Assembly (NCBI GenBank): GCA_046484865.1
Contig: JAWOID010000018.1
Coordinates: forward strand, 64,001 to 128,000
Source: Candidatus Krumholzibacteriia bacterium
Lineage (GTDB): Bacteria > Krumholzibacteriota > Krumholzibacteriia > LZORAL124-64-63
Length of the DNA stretch: 64,000 nucleotides
Direction of reading: 5' to 3'
Positions 29,266 to 40,030 of this stretch are shown here, piece by piece (position 1 is the first letter of the stretch; every line of letters starts with the position of its first letter). The translations under genes were made by a program, and so were the position numbers. The notes below the pieces were generated by a model, which saw only the letters and a program-made list of their open reading frames with translations, ran no database searches and was not told the DNA's origin.

Positions 29266-30492
29266 CTAGCTCCCCCCGACGATCTGCCCCATCTTGAACA
29301 TGGGCAGGTACATGGCGATGAGCATGCCGCCCACCATCGTGCCCATCAGCACGATCATCAGGGGTTCGATGGCGGCGGTCAGGGCCTCCACGGCCGCGTC
29401 CACCTCGTCGTCGTAGAAATCGGCGATCTTGGCGAGCATCTCGTCGAGGGCACCGGTCTGCTCGCCGATGCCGATCATCTGCACGACCATGGGCGGGAAC
29501 ACCTCGCTCGCCGCCAGTGGTTCGGCGATGGTGTCGCCCTGGCTGATGCTGCGCGACGTACTCTCGATGGCGTGCTGAAGGACCATGTTGCCGGCCGTCT
29601 TCGCGGTGATCTCGAGCGCCTGCAGGATGGGCACGCCAGAGCCGATCAGCGTGCCGAGCGTGCGCGTGAAGCGCGACACGGCCGACTTGCGCAGCACGTT
29701 CCCGATGACCGGGATCCGGAGCGAGAACCGGTCGGTCTGCAGACGACCGACCGCCGTGGCGCGGTAGCGCCGGAACCCGTAGAACGCGCCGACCGAACCC
29801 AGGACGAGCGCCCACCAGTACCCGCGCAGGAACACGGAGATGCCCATCACCACCCGCGTGGGTCCCGGCAGTTCACCGCCGAAATCCTCGAACATCTTCG
29901 CGAACACAGGGATCACGAACAGGAGCATGAAGACGCAGGCGCCCACCGCCACGGTGAGCACGATGCTGGGATACAGCATCGCGCCCTTGACCTTGCGGGC
30001 GAGAGCGTCGGCCTTTTCCAGGAACACCGCCAGGCGCCCCAGGATCACGTCGAGGATGCCTCCCGCCTCGCCGGCGGCGATCATGTTGACGAAGAGGTCG
30101 GAGAACACGTTGGGGTGCTTGCCGAGGCTCTCCGCCAGGGTCGAGCCGCCCTCCACGTCCAGCATGACCTGGTTGATGGTCTGCTTGAAGAAGGGCTTCG
30201 TCTGCTGGCGGCCCAGCACGTCCATGCACTGCACGAGCGGCAGGCCGGCGTTCACCATCGTGGCGAACTGCCGGGTGAAGACGCAGAGGTCCTTCACGCT
30301 CACGCCCTTCTTCCGCAGGCCGCGCAGCGGGATCTCCTTGGGCTTCTTCTTGATGGAGGTGATGGTGACGCGTCGCTTCCGCAGGTACTCGGAGACCTGC
30401 CGGCGATCCTCGGCCGCGTACTCGCCGGAGAGCACCTCGCCCTTCGGCGACTTGCCCGTCCAGACGTAGGTCGAAGTGGTGGTGGCCGCCAC
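29266..30492 (-). CDS. pilC: Type IV pilus platform protein (GspF family)
   Basis: FTRQFATMVNAGLPL, AGEAGG, IGEQTGALD and AMYLPMF motifs. Confidence 0.95.
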   Translation of the reverse strand: MAATTTSTYVWTGKSPKGEVLSGEYAAEDRRQVSEYLRKRRVTITSIKKKPKEIPLRGLRKKGVSVKDLCVFTRQFATMVNAGLPLVQCMDVLGRQQTKPFFKQTINQVMLDVEGGSTLAESLGKHPNVFSDLFVNMIAAGEAGGILDVILGRLAVFLEKADALARKVKGAMLYPSIVLTVAVGACVFMLLFVIPVFAKMFEDFGGELPGPTRVVMGISVFLRGYWWALVLGSVGAFYGFRRYRATAVGRLQTDRFSLRIPVIGNVLRKSAVSRFTRTLGTLIGSGVPILQALEITAKTAGNMVLQHAIESTSRSISQGDTIAEPLAASEVFPPMVVQMIGIGEQTGALDEMLAKIADFYDDEVDAAVEALTAAIEPLMIVLMGTMVGGMLIAMYLPMFKMGQIVGGS

Positions 30493-30511
30493 GATGGTTC
30501 CTCCCTCTCGC

Positions 30512-31588
30512 TCAGCGTCCGGCGCTGACCGGTTCACCGAGCATCTGCCGCAACTCGGGTACGTCCGGGCTCCGCCCGTACGCCTGGTCCTCGGAGATCC
30601 ACTTGTTCACCAGCGCCTGGTAGAGCGACTGGTTCATGGTCTGCATGCCGTACTTCTGCCCGGCCTGGATGAGGCCGTAGATCTGGTGGGTCTTGTTGTC
30701 GCGGATCATGGCCTTGATGGCCGGAGTGCAGACCATGACCTCCAGGCAGAGCACCCGGCCCGCGCCTCGCGCCCGCGGGATGAGTTGCTGGGTGATCACG
30801 CCGGCCAGGCAGAACGACAGCTGCGAGCGCACCTGGTTCTGCTGCTCCGGCGGGAAGACGTCGATGATGCGGTTGACCGACTCGAAGGTGCTGTTCGTGT
30901 GCAGCGTGGCCATGGCCAGGTGGCCCGTCTCTGCGATCGTCAGGGCCGCGGAGATGGTCTCGCGGTCGCGCATCTCGCCGATGAGGATGACGTCCGGATC
31001 CTGGCGCAGCACGTACTTCAGCGCGGCGCAGAAGTTCTTGGTGTCGTTGTTCACCTCGCGCTGGTTCACGATGCACCCCTTGTGCTGGTGCACGTACTCG
31101 ATCGGGTCCTCGATGGTGATGATGTGGCCGTTGCGCTGGGTGTTGATCGAATCCACCATCGTCGCCAGCGTGGTCGACTTGCCGCTGCCCGTGGGACCGG
31201 TCACCAGCACCAGCCCCTGGGTGCGGGCGATCAGATCGCGACACACCTGAGGCAGCCCCAGTTCCTCGAACGAGTGGATGGTGTAGGGGATCTGCCGGAT
31301 GGCCATCGAGGTGACGCCGCGCTGCAGGAAGACGTTCGCGCGGAAGCGGCTGATTCCCTGCACTCCGAACGAGAAGTCCAGCTCCTTCTCCGTCTCGAAC
31401 CGCTTCTTCTGCTCCTCGTTGAGGATGCTGTACGCCAGTCGGCGCGTGTCGTCGCCGGTGAGGACGGGGAAATCGGTGCCGAACACGCGCCCGTCCACCC
31501 GCAGCTGCGGGGACAGGGCGGCGGTGATGTGGAGGTCGCTGGCGCCCTTGTTCACCATCTCCTCCAGCAGTTCTCTCATGCCGACCAA
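30512..31588 (-). CDS. pilT: Twitching motility retraction ATPase
   Basis: GASDLH, GPTGSGKSTT, LRQDPD, AETGH and AIKAMIRD (AIRNLIRE-like) motifs. Confidence 0.94.
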   Translation of the reverse strand: MVGMRELLEEMVNKGASDLHITAALSPQLRVDGRVFGTDFPVLTGDDTRRLAYSILNEEQKKRFETEKELDFSFGVQGISRFRANVFLQRGVTSMAIRQIPYTIHSFEELGLPQVCRDLIARTQGLVLVTGPTGSGKSTTLATMVDSINTQRNGHIITIEDPIEYVHQHKGCIVNQREVNNDTKNFCAALKYVLRQDPDVILIGEMRDRETISAALTIAETGHLAMATLHTNSTFESVNRIIDVFPPEQQNQVRSQLSFCLAGVITQQLIPRARGAGRVLCLEVMVCTPAIKAMIRDNKTHQIYGLIQAGQKYGMQTMNQSLYQALVNKWISEDQAYGRSPDVPELRQMLGEPVSAGR

Positions 31589-31634
31589 CGCAGTCTCCTC
31601 CCGGGATAGCGGAGCCCGGCGGCCCCGGTCGTGT

Positions 31635-33335
<1,701 letters not shown>

Positions 33336-33449
33336 GGAAGCGCATTCTCCGCTGCTGGCGTGCAAGCCGTCCCGGCGCCGCCGCGCAGCGGCCCGGGGAC
33401 GGGTCGCCGGCTCCCGGCGGCCGGCGGCGTCGATCTTCCGTGTCCCAGG

Positions 33450-33914
33450 TTATCGACGGAGAGCGTTGCAACTTGAGATGGAATCGGCGGGGGTCGACGC
33501 CGCTCCGGCGCCGGCGGACGTGCAATCCGCAGCGGCCGCCGGGACGGGCGGAAAGACCAGCCGGTCAGCCAGTCTTCCGGCCAGCACGGGGCCGATGCCG
33601 CGGACCTGCCGGAGGTCCTCTGAGGTGGCGAATTGCACGCCCTGGTTCCGCGCCTCGACGATGCGGCCGGCCAGGGCGGGGCCGATTCCCGGCAGCAGGA
33701 CCAGACTCTCGGGCGGAGCGGTATTGGGGTCGAGCGGCCCGGCGAGCCGTGGCGGCGGCGGCGGTTCCTCCGGCAACGGTGGCAGCGCCTGCTCGAGCCA
33801 GAGGGGATCGCGCCAGGCGCCATCCGGTCCCAGCAGGAGCTGGGTCCGGATCAGCCGCCCCGCCAGGACGAGCGCCGCGAGCAGCAGCAGCCCGGTCGCC
33901 TCGCGACGGTTCAT
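33450..33914 (-). CDS. comEA: ComEA-family helix-hairpin-helix DNA-binding protein
   Basis: N-terminal TM; LDPNTA...LLPGIGPALAGRIV..R...F...DL..VRGIGP. Confidence 0.82.
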   Translation of the reverse strand: MNRREATGLLLLAALVLAGRLIRTQLLLGPDGAWRDPLWLEQALPPLPEEPPPPPRLAGPLDPNTAPPESLVLLPGIGPALAGRIVEARNQGVQFATSEDLRQVRGIGPVLAGRLADRLVFPPVPAAAADCTSAGAGAASTPADSISSCNALRR

Positions 33915-33939
33915 GCCGTTCGTCCGCGCGCGCCGGCGT

Positions 33940-36633
33940 TCAGCGGTGGAACACCCACCGCAGGCGGAGGTGGATCTCCCGCCCGAACTCCAGCGCGCCG
34001 GCACTCAGGCGCTGGCGCTGGTCGGTGACGTTCATGATCGCCATCGACAGATCGGTCCCGAGCAGGCGGAAGCCCGCCAGCACGTCGTGCTGGGTGAGCG
34101 CAGGCAGCGGAAACGGTTCGGCGAAGCTCCACGGATCGCTCATCGGGCCGCGGTGGGCCAGTTGATAGGCGAGCTGCAGGATCCCGTCCTCGTCGAAGAA
34201 GTGGTTCTCCCACAGCACCTGCAGGCGCGCGTCGCGTTCGGGCGGCAGGCCGGCGGGACTGCCGGCGCTCACGTCGTATCTCCGCCAGGTGCCGGCCGCC
34301 CGCAGGCGCAGCCAGCCCGCGAACGGAAACCCGCGCTGCGCGGAGACGGTGACGCTCCGGGCGGTCAGATCGACGTCGTTCCGCCACGTTCCCACCGGCT
34401 CGGCGGTCTCGGCGCCCTCCAGGAGGATCCAGCCGATCCCGTCTTCCAGGCGGCGCACCGCCGCCACTGCCGCAAGATCGATGCCCGTGACCCGTCGTTC
34501 CAGGCGCAGCGCGCCGCGCCAGGTGGTCTCGCGATCCAGGTCCGGTTCCGGGACCGTCAGGAGGTTCCGGCCGGGCACCGCGAACGCCCAGGGCGTCAAC
34601 ACCTCGTCACTCAGAGGGGCGCGACCGCCGCGCTCGAGCGACAGTTCCCACCAGCGCGCGCCCGCCGTCGTCTCGCCGGCCGCACCGACGTGCACCCAGG
34701 CCTCGGGTCCCCAGCCGCCGTGATCGGCCCACAGCGCCGCGCCGCCGGTCCGCAGGTGCAGCCTGCCGGCCGTCAGTTCGGTCTGGAGGCCCGCCTGCAG
34801 TTCGGCGCCCCGCCCGTGCCGCCGTCCCGTGAACGGCTCGGCCCATTCCGCCTCGATCCCCGCGTCGTGCAGCCGCCAGCCGCTCACGTCCAGCCATGCC
34901 TGCCGCGGCGCTCCCGGCCGGCGGGCCAGTTCCACGTGCACCCTCTCCCGGGCGACCTCCAGCAGGCGGTCGCCACCGGTGAAGCGGAAGAGCAGGTCGC
35001 GGTCGAGCCACTGCCCGTAGGCGGTGAGCCAGCGGTCCCGGACGGGACCGCTCCAGGTGAGGGCCACCTGCCGGGCCCATACCTCCTTCTCGCGCAGGCC
35101 CCCCGCGCCGTAGGCCGGCAGACCCACGCGATTCAGCCGCAGGTTCTCGAACCGGAGGGCGATCTCGGATCCGTCTTCCCGCAGGCGGCGCACGAACCCG
35201 CGGCCGGACCGGAACTTCGCCTCGCCCAGCCGTGAGGCCGACGCGCCGAGGCGCGCATCGCCCTCTGGCCGATAGTCGTAGCCGTCCTCGTCGATGAGTT
35301 CCTCGAACGCGAACCCGAAGCGCCAGGGCGCGGCCGCCGTCAGGATGTGCAGGTAGCGGAGATTCTGCTCGTGGTCGCCCTGGTCGAAGCGCGCATCGGT
35401 GACCGCGCCGCTCGGGTCGAGATCGAGCGTCTCGAGCCGGATGGCACCGGCGGTGCCGCCATACCCGTCCAGGCCCAGGTCGCTGCGTCCCGGCACGACG
35501 CCCGCCATGGTCACCGTCCAGGGGTCGTCGGCGAGCCGGTTGCCCACCAGTTGCGGCAATCCGTCGCGCAGGATCTGCGGCAACGGCGCGGTATCGCCCT
35601 CGCGCAGCAAGACCGCGGGCGCCCCCAGAGTGCCGTCGAGCACCGGCAGGAACGGCGTCTCCCAGCCGATCGCCGCCAGGAACGAACGATGGAACGGTTC
35701 CCAGAGGGGGCGTTCCCAGCCCCGGGCGAACTGCGTGTCGCGGCGCCGCGACTCCCGGGCGCGCCGCGCCCGTTCAGCTTGTGCCAGGTCGGCCAGGTCG
35801 GCCACGTCGCCGCTCTCGCCGCTATCGACGGCCAAGGCGTCGTCTGCCGGCACATCGTCCCGGCCGTCTCGATCGAGGGTGTCAGCGACCGCTCCGGGGA
35901 CGACGAGCGTGTCGGGGGCGAGCGTCCGGGCGAGCGTGTCCGCCCGCGCCGTCGCAGGCGGACGCAGGCTGTCCGGCGGCGCAGCGACCTCCTCCTCCTG
36001 CGCTGCGGCCGTACCCGGCGGCAGCGCCAGCATCAGCAGGAGCCCCGCCGCCGGCGGGCCGCCGCCGAGCGAGGCACGGGCCAGGGATCGCACCCGTACC
36101 GCCAGCCACGGGAACAGCGCCGCGAAGAGCGCCGCGTTCACCCCCACGTGGACGAGTGCAAAGGGGAGCCCTCCGGTCACGACGACCCACCACCGCAGGT
36201 CGAAGGCGACCACGGTCGCAGCATTGGTCAGCACGTCGTAGACGAGGGTGGCCCCGCCCCCGAGCGCCGCCGCGAACAGCGCCGATCGCAGGCGCCGGCC
36301 TCGCCGCACGCACGACGCGACGGCACCCGCGCCCAGACCGCCAAGCGCTCCCGCTGCCGCGAGACCGGCGGTCTGCGCGGCGAGCAGCGCCGGCACCGCC
36401 GCGCCCAGCGGGTTGGCCAGGGAGTGCACCGCCATCGCGAGGGCCCCGCAGAGAGCACCGCCGCCGGGCCCGAGGGCCGCCCCCGCGAGCGCCGTCAGCA
36501 GCGTCATCAGTTCCACGCTGGGAATGCCTCCGAGCAGAAATCCTGCACCCACGGTGGCACCCACGAACAGCCCCAGCAGAACCGCGGAACGGAGCGGGTC
36601 GGCATCCCGCACGGGTGGCTGGGCGAGCGACAT
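33940..36633 (-). CDS. Fusion: CbrT-like ECF transporter S-component + internal signal peptide + plug/beta-barrel outer-membrane receptor-like domain
   Basis: One 897-aa ORF. aa 1-185 are hydrophobic with IPSVE, Q, VYD and GLPFALVHVGVN. Next come GLLLMLALPPGTAAA/QEE, a plug-like ILRDGLP...GYGGTAGAIRLET, and amphipathic strands ending LRWVFHR. Confidence 0.7.
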   Translation of the reverse strand: MSLAQPPVRDADPLRSAVLLGLFVGATVGAGFLLGGIPSVELMTLLTALAGAALGPGGGALCGALAMAVHSLANPLGAAVPALLAAQTAGLAAAGALGGLGAGAVASCVRRGRRLRSALFAAALGGGATLVYDVLTNAATVVAFDLRWWVVVTGGLPFALVHVGVNAALFAALFPWLAVRVRSLARASLGGGPPAAGLLLMLALPPGTAAAQEEEVAAPPDSLRPPATARADTLARTLAPDTLVVPGAVADTLDRDGRDDVPADDALAVDSGESGDVADLADLAQAERARRARESRRRDTQFARGWERPLWEPFHRSFLAAIGWETPFLPVLDGTLGAPAVLLREGDTAPLPQILRDGLPQLVGNRLADDPWTVTMAGVVPGRSDLGLDGYGGTAGAIRLETLDLDPSGAVTDARFDQGDHEQNLRYLHILTAAAPWRFGFAFEELIDEDGYDYRPEGDARLGASASRLGEAKFRSGRGFVRRLREDGSEIALRFENLRLNRVGLPAYGAGGLREKEVWARQVALTWSGPVRDRWLTAYGQWLDRDLLFRFTGGDRLLEVARERVHVELARRPGAPRQAWLDVSGWRLHDAGIEAEWAEPFTGRRHGRGAELQAGLQTELTAGRLHLRTGGAALWADHGGWGPEAWVHVGAAGETTAGARWWELSLERGGRAPLSDEVLTPWAFAVPGRNLLTVPEPDLDRETTWRGALRLERRVTGIDLAAVAAVRRLEDGIGWILLEGAETAEPVGTWRNDVDLTARSVTVSAQRGFPFAGWLRLRAAGTWRRYDVSAGSPAGLPPERDARLQVLWENHFFDEDGILQLAYQLAHRGPMSDPWSFAEPFPLPALTQHDVLAGFRLLGTDLSMAIMNVTDQRQRLSAGALEFGREIHLRLRWVFHR

Positions 36634-36713
36634 GGGCGGATGGTAGGCTAACCTGCTCGGCCGAGCAAGGTTCCGCAGGCGGGGCGCCGCAGGTGGGGCG
36701 GTCCGGGGGCGGG

Positions 36714-38486
36714 TCAGACGCTCAGCGCGTCGAGTCGCCGGGCGACATCCAGGAAGCTGCTCCGGATCCGCTGGACCTGTTCGAAGAGGTCGCGGGCGCG
36801 AGCGACGTCGCCCATCGCCTCGCAGGCGAGGCCCGCGTGATACATGATGCCGAGCCGCTCCTCCGGCCGTGCGGCCGGCAACTCGAGACCCCGCTCGAGC
36901 ACCGACAGCGCCTCGGCCGCACGCTCGGCCCGGAGCAGAGCGATTCCCCACATCTCGTGGGCGCTCAGGGCCTGTTCGGTGCTCTCTGCGGCCGCGGCGA
37001 ACGCATCGCAGGCCAGGTCGAACATGCCCATCTCGAGGTAGACCAACCCCAGGTCATACGGGTTCTGATCGTCCGCGCCGCCCACGTGGTGTCCTATCTG
37101 CGCGGTGATCGTCGAGACCTGCTTCTCGTCCCCCCCGATGAACGCGCCATCCTCCTCGGCGAGGATCTGTGCGAGCAGGTCCACCGGACCGTCTCCATCC
37201 GGCGCGTCGGGGCGCGAACCCGCAGCCGGTTCCGTGACCACCGCCTCGGCGGCCACGCCACCTTCGAGGTCCGCCATCAGCTCGGAGAACCCCGCACCAT
37301 CGTCGACCTCGATGGTGAAGCGCCCCTCGAGATCGCGAGCGACGACGTCTTCGCCGTCGTCCGGCGGCGGCAAGCCGTCCGCTGAAGCGTCTCCGGTCGG
37401 CGCAGCTTCCTTCGGCGCGGTATCGGCGGGCGCGTCGGCGGCCGGGGCGTCCTCGGCGGGCGAGCCAGCGGACGAGGCATCCTCGGCGGGTGAGCCGTCG
37501 CCCCCGTCAGCGGCCCCGGCTTCCTCGGCGATCTCGCCGCCGGCACCGGCGGCGCCCGCGGCGCCCGCGGCGCCGATGTCGATGTCGCCGAAGTCGCGGT
37601 CGTGCGCGCGCGCGTCCGCCGGCGACGTGTCGTCCGTCGAGGCGGACGCGGCGGCGAAGGACGAGATCTCGATCTGTCCGTGCCTCGGTGGGTCCGCAGG
37701 CTCGTCGCGGTCGTCGCCGTCCTGGCCGGCCATCGTGGCGTCCCACGCGCCCTGGACCTCGGATCCGCCCCTGCCCGAGCTACCGGTTCGCCCCGGCTCG
37801 ACACCGGCCGGCTCCCCCACGCCCGCGCGCGGATCGTCATCGCCGGTGTGCTTCTGCCAGTGGCCGAACTCCGCGTAGTTCACCAGCTCCGGCAATTCCT
37901 CCAGGAGCGACTCCACGACCGCGCGCGCGCTGTCCTCCTGGCCGGCGTCGAAGTGGATCCCGGCGAGCAGGAGCCGCACCCTCGCCTGTTCCATCTCCCG
38001 CTTGCGTACGCGGAAGACGCCGAGCAGGTGCTCGAGCACCGGCGCGCTGCGCGGGTAGAGCGACAGGAGTTGCTCGCAGCGCTTGTCGAAGATCTCACGC
38101 ACGTCCCCGGTCTGGCTCTCGCTGCACTCGAGAAAGCGCAATGCGTGCCGCTCCCCCTCCACGGACAGCCCCTGCGACGAACGGATCTCCGCCAGGTACC
38201 AGTGTGCATTCACGTTGTCGGCATCGTGGCGGAGGATCTTCTTGTAGATCGCGACGGCATTGTTGAGGAGTCCCGTGCCGCGGTACTTGCTCGCGGCGTT
38301 CAGGAAGTGGCGGATGGCCCGCTGGGTCTCGCCGGTCTTCAGGGAGATGTCGCCCAGCTCGTTGATCAGGGTGGGATTGTTCTTGTCGGCCTCGACGAGC
38401 TTCTCGTAGATCGAGACCGCCTCCTCCCAGTTCCTGCGCTTGCCGGCCTGGTAGGCTTGCTGCTTGAGCTTGCTGAACTTCGACAA
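36714..38486 (-). CDS. TPR protein with long acidic low-complexity linker
   Basis: N-terminal TPRs, an Asp/Glu/Ala/Gly-rich centre, and C-terminal YDLGLVYLEMGMFDLA TPRs; TTG start at 38486 chosen. Confidence 0.75.
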   Translation of the reverse strand: MSKFSKLKQQAYQAGKRRNWEEAVSIYEKLVEADKNNPTLINELGDISLKTGETQRAIRHFLNAASKYRGTGLLNNAVAIYKKILRHDADNVNAHWYLAEIRSSQGLSVEGERHALRFLECSESQTGDVREIFDKRCEQLLSLYPRSAPVLEHLLGVFRVRKREMEQARVRLLLAGIHFDAGQEDSARAVVESLLEELPELVNYAEFGHWQKHTGDDDPRAGVGEPAGVEPGRTGSSGRGGSEVQGAWDATMAGQDGDDRDEPADPPRHGQIEISSFAAASASTDDTSPADARAHDRDFGDIDIGAAGAAGAAGAGGEIAEEAGAADGGDGSPAEDASSAGSPAEDAPAADAPADTAPKEAAPTGDASADGLPPPDDGEDVVARDLEGRFTIEVDDGAGFSELMADLEGGVAAEAVVTEPAAGSRPDAPDGDGPVDLLAQILAEEDGAFIGGDEKQVSTITAQIGHHVGGADDQNPYDLGLVYLEMGMFDLACDAFAAAAESTEQALSAHEMWGIALLRAERAAEALSVLERGLELPAARPEERLGIMYHAGLACEAMGDVARARDLFEQVQRIRSSFLDVARRLDALSV

Positions 38487-38663
38487 GGGAGCCCCCCGCA
38501 ACCGCGCTGCAAATCCCGTGCTACTCGCGAGTCGAGTTCTCGGTCAGGTGCCGCTGCCGTTAAGATCGCCGCCGGGGGCTGCCGGTTGAGCGGAATTTCC
38601 GCCGTTTCCTCTGCGATCGCCCAGGCGTCGCGCAGACAGGTGCCGAGGTGCCGGCGGCCGCCC

Positions 38664-40001
38664 TCAGGGCACCTGCGCACCCGCCCGGAAGACGGCCGCC
38701 AGGGGAGCATGGCCGCCGTGGTAGGGCAGCAGGCGGTGGTCGTCGCCCTCGAGCAGCAGGAAGTCGGCGCTGCGCCCGGGGGCCAGCGACCCCACCTCGC
38801 CGGCCAGTCCCAGTGCCCAGGCCGCGTTGAGGGTGGCGGCCACCAGAGCCTCGCCCGGAGTGAGCCGCATCTGCGTGCAGGCGATGGCGAGGATGGTCGC
38901 CATGGAGGGGATGGGACAGCTGCCGGGGTTGAAGTCGGTCGCCAGCGCCACGGCGGCGCCGTCGGCCACCAGTTCGCGGGCCGGCGCGTACCGCCCGAGC
39001 CCCAGGGTGAAGACCGTGCCCGGCAGCAGGACCGCCACCGTGTCGCTACCGGCCAGGGCGCGCCGGCCGGCTGCGTCCACCTCGATCAGATGATCGGCGC
39101 TGCGGGCGCCCAGGCGCGCGGCCAGTTCCGCTCCGCCCAGCGCCTCCAGCTCGTCGGCGTGGACGCAGAGGTCCAGACCCAGTTCCGCCGCGCGGCCCAG
39201 GATGCGCTCCGTCTCGGCGAGATCGAAGACCGACGGCTCGCAGAAGACGTCGCAGCGCGTGGCCAGACCCTCGGCCGCCACTCGCGGCAGCACCTGCTCG
39301 CAGACGAGATCCACGTAGGTCGCACGGCGGTCGCGATACTCCGACGGCAGCTCGTGGGCCGCCAGGCACGTGCGCACCGCCCGGATGCCCGCCCGTGCGG
39401 CGGCGCGTCCGGCCACCCGCAGCATCCTGAGCTCATCGGCCAGGTTGAGACCGTATCCGCTCTTGATCTCCACCGTGGTCGTGCCCAGCGAGAGCATCTG
39501 CCGCAGCCGCCGCCGGGCGAGTGCCTCGAGCTCGTCGTCTCCGCGCTCGCGCAGATCGCGGACGGAGGCGTGGATGCCGCCGCCGGCCGCGGCGATCTGC
39601 AGGTAGGTCTCGCCGCGGATGCGCCGCTCGTACTCGTCCTGACGCGTGCGGCCGAAGACGGCGTGGGTGTGGGGATCGACGAAGCCGGGCACGACCGCCC
39701 GGCCCGCGGCGTTCACCACCCGCGTGGCCGGATGGGGGTCGCGACCGCCGTAGAGGCCGCGCAGGACGTCCGCCTCGGGCCCGGCGGCGACCACCTTGCC
39801 GGCGGCCACCGCCAGCGCCGCTCCGGCCACGGCGCCGACGTCGCCGAGCGCCTCGCCCCGGCGCGGACCCTGCCGGTCGCGTTCCGGATCATGGACCGTG
39901 CACAGCTGACCGATGCCGGTGACCAGCAGCTCGACGGCGGGGGGTTCGGGACGCGGCTCGAGGAACCGGGCGGTGCCGGCGTGGCGGGAGGCGGATGTCA
40001 T
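38664..40001 (-). CDS. hutI: Imidazolonepropionase
   Basis: PGFVDPHTH, GGGI, EIKSGYGL, DVFCE, HADEL and ATDFNPGS motifs. Confidence 0.95.
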   Translation of the reverse strand: MTSASRHAGTARFLEPRPEPPAVELLVTGIGQLCTVHDPERDRQGPRRGEALGDVGAVAGAALAVAAGKVVAAGPEADVLRGLYGGRDPHPATRVVNAAGRAVVPGFVDPHTHAVFGRTRQDEYERRIRGETYLQIAAAGGGIHASVRDLRERGDDELEALARRRLRQMLSLGTTTVEIKSGYGLNLADELRMLRVAGRAAARAGIRAVRTCLAAHELPSEYRDRRATYVDLVCEQVLPRVAAEGLATRCDVFCEPSVFDLAETERILGRAAELGLDLCVHADELEALGGAELAARLGARSADHLIEVDAAGRRALAGSDTVAVLLPGTVFTLGLGRYAPARELVADGAAVALATDFNPGSCPIPSMATILAIACTQMRLTPGEALVAATLNAAWALGLAGEVGSLAPGRSADFLLLEGDDHRLLPYHGGHAPLAAVFRAGAQVP

Positions 40002-40030
40002 CGCGAGTTCCTCCGGACCCGGCGCCTCGC

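Noticed and set aside
36634..36713. Cobalamin riboswitch upstream of the ECF-S/barrel fusion
   Set aside because: The gap is only 80 nt and has no recognisable B12-box.
37440..37575. Short tandem repeats (GGCGCCCGC units; SPAEDA codons)
   Set aside because: These are in-frame low-complexity coding repeats inside the TPR protein linker, not a CRISPR array or mobile element.
38508..38523. Fourth sigma54-like site TAGCACGGGATTTGCA upstream of the TPR gene
   Set aside because: The invariant -24 GG is AG and the implied leader is very short, so it is not supportable without TSS data.
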